A DNA stretch of 64,000 nucleotides from Rhodospirillaceae bacterium (GTDB lineage Bacteria; Pseudomonadota; Alphaproteobacteria; UBA7985), in contig JAYQIC010000001.1 of assembly GCA_038141425.1 (NCBI GenBank), forward strand, positions 348,940 to 412,939, written 5' to 3'. Both the position numbers and the translations under genes were made by a program. Below, one piece after another: positions 57,544 through 64,000 of the stretch. Under the pieces are notes generated by a model, which saw only the letters and a program-made list of their open reading frames with translations, had not been told where the DNA came from and ran no database searches. The first letter of the stretch is position 1, and each line of letters opens with the position of its first letter.

Positions 57544-58011
57544 CTAGCCCAGGTCTTGCGCAGCCGAAAGCACGGCTTCGACGTGGCCCGGTACTTTGAC
57601 CTTGCGCCAGGCGCTAGCAATCCGGCCTTCACGATTGATCAGGAAGCTCGAACGCTCGATGCCCATGTAGGTTTTGCCGTACATGGATTTCTCTTTCCAG
57701 ACGCCGTAGGCCTCGCAGGTTTCCTGTTCAAAGTCGGAGGCAAGCTGGTAGGTCAGCTCTTCCTTCTCCACGAATTTATCGAGGCGTTTGACCTCGTCTT
57801 TCGACAGTCCGATGACCACGGTATCGGCCGCGCTGAAATCGCTCTGGGTGTCGCGGAAGCCGCAAGCCTCTTTGGTGCAACCCGAGGTCATGGCCTTGGG
57901 GTAAAAGAACAGCACAACCTTCTTGCCGCGCAGGCCACTCAGCTTTACCGAAGCGCCGCCGTTGGTAGGAAGGTCAAAATCAGGCGCTATATCGCCGACA
58001 TCCACAGTCAT
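57544..58011 (-). CDS. bcp: Thioredoxin-dependent peroxiredoxin Bcp
   Basis: Intact ORF with the peroxidatic Cys motif FFYPKAMTSGCTKEAC. The likely start is ATG 58011 (MTVDVGD). Confidence 0.85.
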   Translation of the reverse strand: MTVDVGDIAPDFDLPTNGGASVKLSGLRGKKVVLFFYPKAMTSGCTKEACGFRDTQSDFSAADTVVIGLSKDEVKRLDKFVEKEELTYQLASDFEQETCEAYGVWKEKSMYGKTYMGIERSSFLINREGRIASAWRKVKVPGHVEAVLSAAQDLG

Positions 58012-58193
58012 GAAGTCCCTCATTTTTTCGAAAAAATTGCCGTGTACCCCCCTGAAATTGGAGCGGGATGGAACGCGGTCAACGCTGCTTGAACAGCCTT
58101 TGCCCCGCTATGGCCTTAAGCAGCGTGGCAAAATCACCAAAGATACCGAATCGGGGCTACTATTTCTGCGGAAATTCAGGTACTTAAAGGGCA

Positions 58194-61100
58194 ATGATTT
58201 GGCTTGTAAGACTGATGACCTTTGTCCTGTTCCTGACGATTTCAGGCGCAGTGGGTCTTGCATTCCTGTTTGAACGCGCCTCGCGCGGGCCTCTTGATGC
58301 CCAGTTCCTGACCCCTTGGATCGAACGTAACGCCTCAGCGCAGCTTGCTGGCGGCACCGTGAGTGTCGGCACCACGCGGATCGCGCTGCAACCGGGGCAG
58401 CAGGGGCCTTCCTCCTGCTCAGCAATGTACAGGCGACCGGCGGCGCGGTCAGCGAGCCGCTCAACATGGCCGAAGTTGCCCTGCAGCTCTCTCTGCCGGA
58501 CGCACTGCTCGGTCGGCTGCGGATCACCCGGCTGGATATCGACGGCTTCCGCCTCGCGGTCCGCCGGGAAACCAGCGGTCGTCTGGGCTACTCCATCACG
58601 CCAGCGGCGACCCGGCCGGGCTTTAGCGGGGCCAACGCAGTGCCCGGTTGGGGCGACGTGGCCGAGGCATCTTCGGCGCTGCCCACCGGTGGTGGCGAGA
58701 TGGCGAGCGGACAGCTTGCGCTCAACCGACTGCGGGACAGTCTGACAGACGGAGACGGATGGCTCAGCCTGTTTCAGGAAGTCCGGATTGGCGGAGCCGA
58801 ACTGATCTTCGACGATGCTGTGACCGACCAGCGCGTGGTGGTGCACGATGCCACCCTCGCCTTTGCGACCGACCGCAGAGCCGTGGAAATCGAGGTTGCG
58901 GGCCTGTTTGAAGCCGGCAGCAGCTTCTCCGACGGCACGCTGACCCTGACCACGCCGCTGGAGCCCGACGCTGATGTCGCGCTGGCTCTGGCCCTGACAG
59001 ACTTTGCCCTCGCCGATGCTGCCGCCTATCTTCCCGCGGCCCTGCACGCCGACGAACGAACGCAGGGCGTCGACCTGCGGCTGGAGGCAAGCCTGCAGAG
59101 CAACGGCCGTCTGGCGCGGTTTGAGGCGCAGCAATTCCCTCAGGGCGCACTGGGCGAGGCCCGTACCACCTTCCAGCCAGAGCCTGAATTGACCGTCAGT
59201 GGCCGCCGCCGCATCGGCGGGGCTGGCGGCTGGACGCTCGATGTCCGCGCGCCCGTCATCGACTTCGGCAGCGAGCCGATTTTCCGTGAGTACCTGAGTG
59301 AAACCTTCAGCTACCAGGGCGATGTTGGCGGCAACATCGAGCTGGAGGTAGCCGAAGACGGCCGCCTGCTGCGCCTTGACTTTGCAACGCAGATCGCGCC
59401 CGGCGCGCTGACCATTCCCGATCTCTACACCCAGCCCGTGGCGCTGGACGCCGGCCGTTTCGAGGGCAGCCTGAACCCCGACGGCCTCACATTCTTCCGG
59501 TTCGAGCTGGCCCCGGTCATCAACGGCCGCGCCCTGCCCTTGCGCAGCTTCGACTTCGATCTGCAGCGCGGACCAGAAGGCCAGCAGGCCATCCGGCTGG
59601 GCTTTGAGAACGACTGGTCACTGCGCCCCGCCGATGTCCTCGCGCTGTGGCCTGACGTCGCTGACGACGCGGGCAGACAGTGGTTTGCCGCGAATATCGC
59701 CGATGGCCTGACCCGGCAGCAGGCGTTGAGCCTGTCCCTGACCACACAGGACCGCCGGGTGAGCGTGGATGACCTACGCGCGGCCATAGCCTTCACCGGT
59801 GGCCGCGTGACCGTGACCGACGGGCTGGGACAGGCCGTAAACGTCGCGGGCCGAGTGGAGATCGATAACGGGCTCTACCAGATGGAGCTGGCCAGCGGCC
59901 GGCTCGGCGCGATCGACGGCACCGACACCCGCGTTGAACTGGACCTGCGTGAGCCGGGTCGCGGCACGATCGCATTTCAGGGCGACTTCACCGGGGCCGT
60001 CCGCGAGAGCCTGAGCTATCTCAGTGGTGCTGGCGTCGGGCTTGAAACCCTGCGCGAAGCCCTGCCGCTGAACCGGATTTCCGGGACCTACAGCGCTGCG
60101 GGTGAACTGCGGGCCTCTCTGGCCCAGCCCGCCGCCTTCACCCCCGATTTTGATTTCAGGGTCGAAGTCGAGAACGCCGCCGTTTCCGACTTTCTGGGCG
60201 GCATGGATCTTTCCGCAGACTTCCTGCCGGTGCGGGTCGGACCGAACCGGATCGCCACCGTCGGCCCGGTGCGCCTTGGCAACATCGCCGCCGAGGCAAC
60301 CTCTGACCTCCTGCTCGAAAACGGGGGGGTGCAAGCGCTCAAGGTTAACGCCACCTTTGCCGGAAACATCAATGATGCAGCGAGCCTGCTCGGCCCCATT
60401 CCCGATTACATTCAGGGCGCCGCGACCGGTGAGCTGACCTACACCCAGACCCGGACCGGGCAGCGGGTTCTGGAGGTCTCCAGCACGCTCAACCGCGCCG
60501 ACATCAACCTCGCCCCGCTACCCTACTTCAAGCCCGCCGGGCAGCCCACCACGGCTGAGGCGGTGGTGCTGCTCAACGAACGCGGGCTGGAGAGTATCAA
60601 GCGCTTCAGTCTCGACGGCCCGGCGCTCAATCTCACCGGCGAGATCACCATGAAGAACGGCGGGCAGGAATTCGCCAGCGCCGAGCTGCAGAACCTGATC
60701 GTCGGCGACAGTGGCATTGGCCGCATGTCGGTGGTCAACCAGCCCGAATTCATGACCGTCACGCTCGAAGACGGTCAGTTGGACGGACGTCCGCTGATCG
60801 AAGCCATCCTGCGGGGTCAGGGCAAGCGCAACGCCAACATCATCACCGGTGAGACCGAAGCCCGTGCGGACGGACTCAACAACAAGCCGTGGATCATCTA
60901 CCGTTTCCGGCATCCGCCGCTTCGTTGTCCCGGGCGGCAAGGCCTTCAATGACATCACCCTGCAGGCGACCATCGATAAGGGCGCCGTGCTGCAATTCGA
61001 CCTCGCCGCAGCGGCGCCGCCGCACCTGCCCGGCCGCGCGCCGGGGCTGGGCAATCTGCGGGCCTCAATGACGCCCCGGGCCAGCGGCTTCTACCGCCTC

Positions 61101-61685
61101 GCCTTCCAATCCGACGATGCCGGCTCGCTGTTCTCCACCCTCGGGCTGACCAGCGATATCCGCGGTGGCCGGATCGCCGTGGTCGCCGAAAGCGCCCTGC
61201 CCCTGCCCAAGGGCGGCTGGCTGGGCCGGATGGAGCTGAGCGACTTCTCGATCCTGCAGGCACCGGTCATGGTGCAGCTTCTGTCCGTGGCGTCGCTCAC
61301 CGGGATTCTGGAGCTGGCGTCGGGCAGCGGCCTACAGTTCGTCAGCCTCGACAGCAACTTTACCTACGGCAACAGCGCGCTCTACCTCGATGACCTGCGG
61401 ATGGTCGGGCCATCGGTGGGTCTGACGGCGGAGGGTTCGGTCGACTTTGGCGGGCGGCGCTTCGGCGTAGAGGGCAACGTCACGCCCTTTAACCTGTTCA
61501 GCGAGTTCGCCGGATCGCTGCCGATCATCGGCGGCGTGCTCACCGGCACGGATGGCGGCGGCGTGTTCTCTGCGGGCTACCGGATCGATGGCACATTTGA
61601 TGCGCCAGAGGTTACGGTCAACCCGTTCCAGGTGCTGACCCCCGGCGTCTACCGCCAGTGGTTCCAGGATATCTTCAACAACTGA
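58194..61685 (+). CDS. YhdP/AsmA-like large membrane-anchored protein (DUF3971-type), two frameshifts as sequenced
   Basis: N-terminal TM helix (MIWLVRLMTFVLFLTISGAVGLAFL). About 1160 aa in total across ORFs 58194..58745, 58466..60952 and 60849..61685. AsmA2/YhdP-like C-terminus (...GYRIDGTFDAPEVTVNPFQVLTPGVYRQWF). Junctions at GGGG 58403-58406 and TTT 60904-60906. Confidence 0.6.
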
Positions 61686-61723
61686 GCCCGAGGGCGCTGA
61701 CGGCCCCGGCTGTCGGCAATGAA

Positions 61724-61754
61724 AAAGGCGCTGAGCCAGCCGGCCCGCGCCTTT
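61724..61754. terminator. Possible bidirectional terminator between the yhdP-like gene and rpsQ
   Basis: AAAGGCGC (61724-61731) pairs with GCGCCTTT (61747-61754) across a 15-nt loop. A-run on one side and TTTATTCGTTT on the other. Confidence 0.3.
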
Positions 61755-61822
61755 ATTCGTTTGCCTGAGCAGCCTTGTGGCAGCTGCGTCGCCGGTCGGT
61801 CGACCGCTGTCGGCTTCGAAAA

Positions 61823-62055
61823 CTAGTCTTCGTAGACGACTTCGAAGCGCTTGGACTTGGAGACCGGTGGGCATTCCCGGATGGAGACGGTCTGGCCGAC
61901 TTCACACCGGTTCTGCGGGTCGTGGGCCGCGTACTTCTTCGACTTCTTCAGGAACTTCTTGTAGATCGGGTGCATGACCCGGCGCTCGACCAGCACGGTT
62001 GCGGTCTGATCGGCTTTGTTGGAGACCACGGTCCCCGCATGACACGGATAGGCAT
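61823..62055 (-). CDS. rpsQ: 30S ribosomal protein S17, one frameshift as sequenced
   Basis: ATG 62055 (MPIRVMRG) shifts at CCCC 62033-62036 into ORF 61823..62029 (TVVSNKADQTATVLVERRVMHPIYKKFLKKSKKYAAHD...). Confidence 0.9.
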
Positions 62056-62259
62056 TTATGCGGCCTCCCCAGAGAGCTTCTTTTCGTTGATGATGGTCTT
62101 CGCCCGGGCGATGTTCTTCTTCAGCTCGCGCATCCGCGAGGTGCCGTTAAGCACCAGGTTGGCTTGCTGAAAGCGAAGGTTCATCAGTTCCTGACGACCA
62201 TCGAGAATGTACTGTCGCAGACCCTCAACGGACATGCTGCGCATATCGGTGGCTTTCAT
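62056..62259 (-). CDS. rpmC: 50S ribosomal protein L29
   Basis: Intact 67-aa ORF. Its stop abuts the rpsQ ATG. Confidence 0.9.
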   Translation of the reverse strand: MKATDMRSMSVEGLRQYILDGRQELMNLRFQQANLVLNGTSRMRELKKNIARAKTIINEKKLSGEAA

Positions 62260-62288
62260 CGCTTTGCGTCCTTTCTATCCGTTCGGGT

Positions 62289-62707
62289 TTACATCAGGCC
62301 GGGGATACGCTCGACGAACTTCGTCTTGATCGGCAGCTTGGCCGATGCAAGGGCGAAGGCTTCTTCGGCAACATCCCGTGGCACACCGTCGATTTCGAAG
62401 AGAATCCGGCCCGGCGCAACGCGCATCGCCCAGTAGTCTGGCGAGCCCTTACCCTTACCCTGACGCACTTCAGCAGGCTTGGAGGATACCGGCAGGTCCG
62501 GGAACACGCGGATCCAGAGCTTGCCAGCACGACGCATGCGGCGGTTGATGGTCCGGCGGGCGGCTTCGATCTGGCGCGCCGTCACACGCTCAGCGGTCTG
62601 TGCCTTCAGGCCGAATTTGCCGAAGGAGACGGTGTAGCCCCCTTGGCCTTGCCGCGCAGGCGGCCCTTATGGGCTTTGCGGAATTTGGTGCGTTTTGGCT
62701 GTAGCAT
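62289..62707 (-). CDS. rplP: 50S ribosomal protein L16, one frameshift as sequenced
   Basis: ATG 62707 ([23 protein letters not shown]) shifts at CCCCC 62638-62642 into ORF 62289..62585 ([48 protein letters not shown]...). Confidence 0.9.
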
Positions 62708-62724
62708 GGTCTCTGCTTAACCTC

Positions 62725-63444
62725 TTAGTTGCGGGCGGGCGCGTTACCGGCGCCGGCTGCTGTGCTCTGTGCCTGAGCCCCACCGGTGGCGCGGCGTTCG
62801 CTGGCCATCGGATCGTGCTCGAGGATGTCGCCCTTGTAGATCCAGACCTTCACGCCAATGATGCCGTAGGTGGTCAGGGCTTCTGCGGTGGCGTAGTCGA
62901 TGTCCGCACGCAGGGTGTGCAGCGGCACACGGCCTTCGCGGTACCATTCGGTCCGTGCGATCTCTGCGCCGCCCAGACGGCCCGCGCAGTTGATCCGGAT
63001 GCCGAGGGCGCCCAGACGCATGGTGTTCTGCACCGCACGCTTCATGGCGCGACGGAAAGAACCCCGGCGCTCGAGCTGCTGTGCGACGTTGTCGGCGACC
63101 AGCTGAGCGTCCATCTCGGGCTTGCGGATTTCGTGGATGTTGAGGGCGACTTCACCGCCGGTGAGCTTGGCCAGCTCGCCGCGCAGCTTTTCGATGTCCG
63201 CGCCCTTCTTGCCGATGATCACACCGGGACGGGCAGAGTGGATGGTGACGCGCGCACGCTTGGCGGGACGCTCGATCACGATCTTGGAAATGCCGGCCTG
63301 GCTGAGGCGCTTCTCGAGGAATTCACGGATCGCGAAGTCTTCGTGCAGCAGCTTTACGTACTCGGCGCCGTCGGCGTACCAACGGCTGTCCCAGGTGCGG
63401 TTGACGCCAACGCGCAGACCAATCGGATTAACCTTCTGACCCAT
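62725..63444 (-). CDS. rpsC: 30S ribosomal protein S3
   Basis: ATG 63444 ([13 protein letters not shown]...) is preceded by AAGGAG. KH and S3-C domains. Gly/Ala-rich C-terminal tail. Confidence 0.95.
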   Translation of the reverse strand: MGQKVNPIGLRVGVNRTWDSRWYADGAEYVKLLHEDFAIREFLEKRLSQAGISKIVIERPAKRARVTIHSARPGVIIGKKGADIEKLRGELAKLTGGEVALNIHEIRKPEMDAQLVADNVAQQLERRGSFRRAMKRAVQNTMRLGALGIRINCAGRLGGAEIARTEWYREGRVPLHTLRADIDYATAEALTTYGIIGVKVWIYKGDILEHDPMASERRATGGAQAQSTAAGAGNAPARN

Positions 63445-63448
63445 GGGA

Positions 63449-63988
63449 TTACTCCTTGCCTTCTGCGGCGGTATCGGCCGCTGCGTCGTTGTCTGCTTCG
63501 GGCGCATCGGCGGCGGCGTCGATGGCCGCTGCGTCGATCTCCGCCTGCTCTTCAGGCGAAACCACGGCCATGTCACCGGCGAGGCGGGCGGCTTCCATCG
63601 GCGAGATATCGCCGCTGTAGTCCTTCTGCTTCAGCACGATGGTCAGACGCGAGAAATGCTTGAAAATCTTGCCCATCCGGCCGCGTGCACGAGGACGGTA
63701 ACGCTTCAGCGTCATCGCCTTGCCCACGTAGGCTTCCTTGACGACCAGCTGGTCGACGTCGAGCTGATGGTTGTTTTCAGCGTTGGCGATGGCCGAGAGC
63801 AGCACCTTGCGTACATCGTTGGCGATGCGACGCTTGGAGAACTGCAGCGCGGAGTCCGCGCGGCCCACCGGCATGCCGCGGATCATCTTGGCCACCAGGT
63901 TGAGCTTCTGCGGGCTGGTCTTCAGCAGCTTGGCCGAAGCAACCGCTTCATCGCGCTCGTAGCGGCGGGGGTTCGGAGACTTTCCCAT
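63449..63988 (-). CDS. rplV: 50S ribosomal protein L22 with ~55-aa acidic C-terminal extension
   Basis: 179-aa ORF. The L22 core is about 124 aa (...[25 protein letters not shown]). It is followed by [57 protein letters not shown]. The stop lies 5 nt before the rpsC ATG. Confidence 0.9.
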   Translation of the reverse strand: MGKSPNPRRYERDEAVASAKLLKTSPQKLNLVAKMIRGMPVGRADSALQFSKRRIANDVRKVLLSAIANAENNHQLDVDQLVVKEAYVGKAMTLKRYRPRARGRMGKIFKHFSRLTIVLKQKDYSGDISPMEAARLAGDMAVVSPEEQAEIDAAAIDAAADAPEADNDAAADTAAEGKE

Positions 63989-64000
63989 AACAATTATTTC

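Overview
High-GC (roughly mid-60s % by eye) alphaproteobacterial chromosomal segment, most consistent with a Rhodobacterales-type genome. Supporting this are a GAAC-N7-GAAC SOS box upstream of lexA and the trpG-trpD-trpC-moaC-moeA, gltX/comEC/gltA and aroQ-accB-accC-aat gene orders. Content is almost entirely core housekeeping: hflX; the trp/Moco block; lexA; gltX; comEC; gltA; a small higBA toxin-antitoxin islet with an orphan secreted protein; and a class II DAHP synthase. There is also a beta-oxidation operon (thiolase, 3-hydroxyacyl-CoA dehydrogenase/enoyl-CoA hydratase, long acyl-CoA dehydrogenase, flavoprotein) and phoR-pstSCAB-phoB with a Pho box but no phoU. Envelope proteins include a repeat lipoprotein with a PG-binding domain, an OmpA-like lipoprotein, a giant coiled-coil OmpA/MotB-type protein, an L,D-transpeptidase, a DsbA-like protein and a YhdP/AsmA-like protein. 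The remaining genes are ABC-F, prfC, selO, tdk, yaaA, rhlE, a tightly coupled cysE-nifS-like-tupB-tupA block, aat, bcp, and the distal part of the S10 ribosomal operon (rplV-rpsC-rplP-rpmC-rpsQ). I recognised no rRNA, tRNA, CRISPR array, transposase or integrase. The dominant signal beyond annotation is about 49 single-base indels (my manual count) that interrupt about 30 otherwise well-conserved genes. They include essential genes (rplP, rpsQ, gltX, prfC), and most sit at short G or C runs. This looks like homopolymer-length error in the assembly rather than biology, but it needs checking. Gene coordinates below therefore bridge the frameshifts. I did not find a convincing novel multi-gene defence or mobile system. 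The most unusual loci are the ATPase-less cysE-nifS-tupBA operon, the coiled-coil OmpA/MotB protein, the higBA islet, the phoU-less pst cluster and the acidic C-terminal tail on L22.
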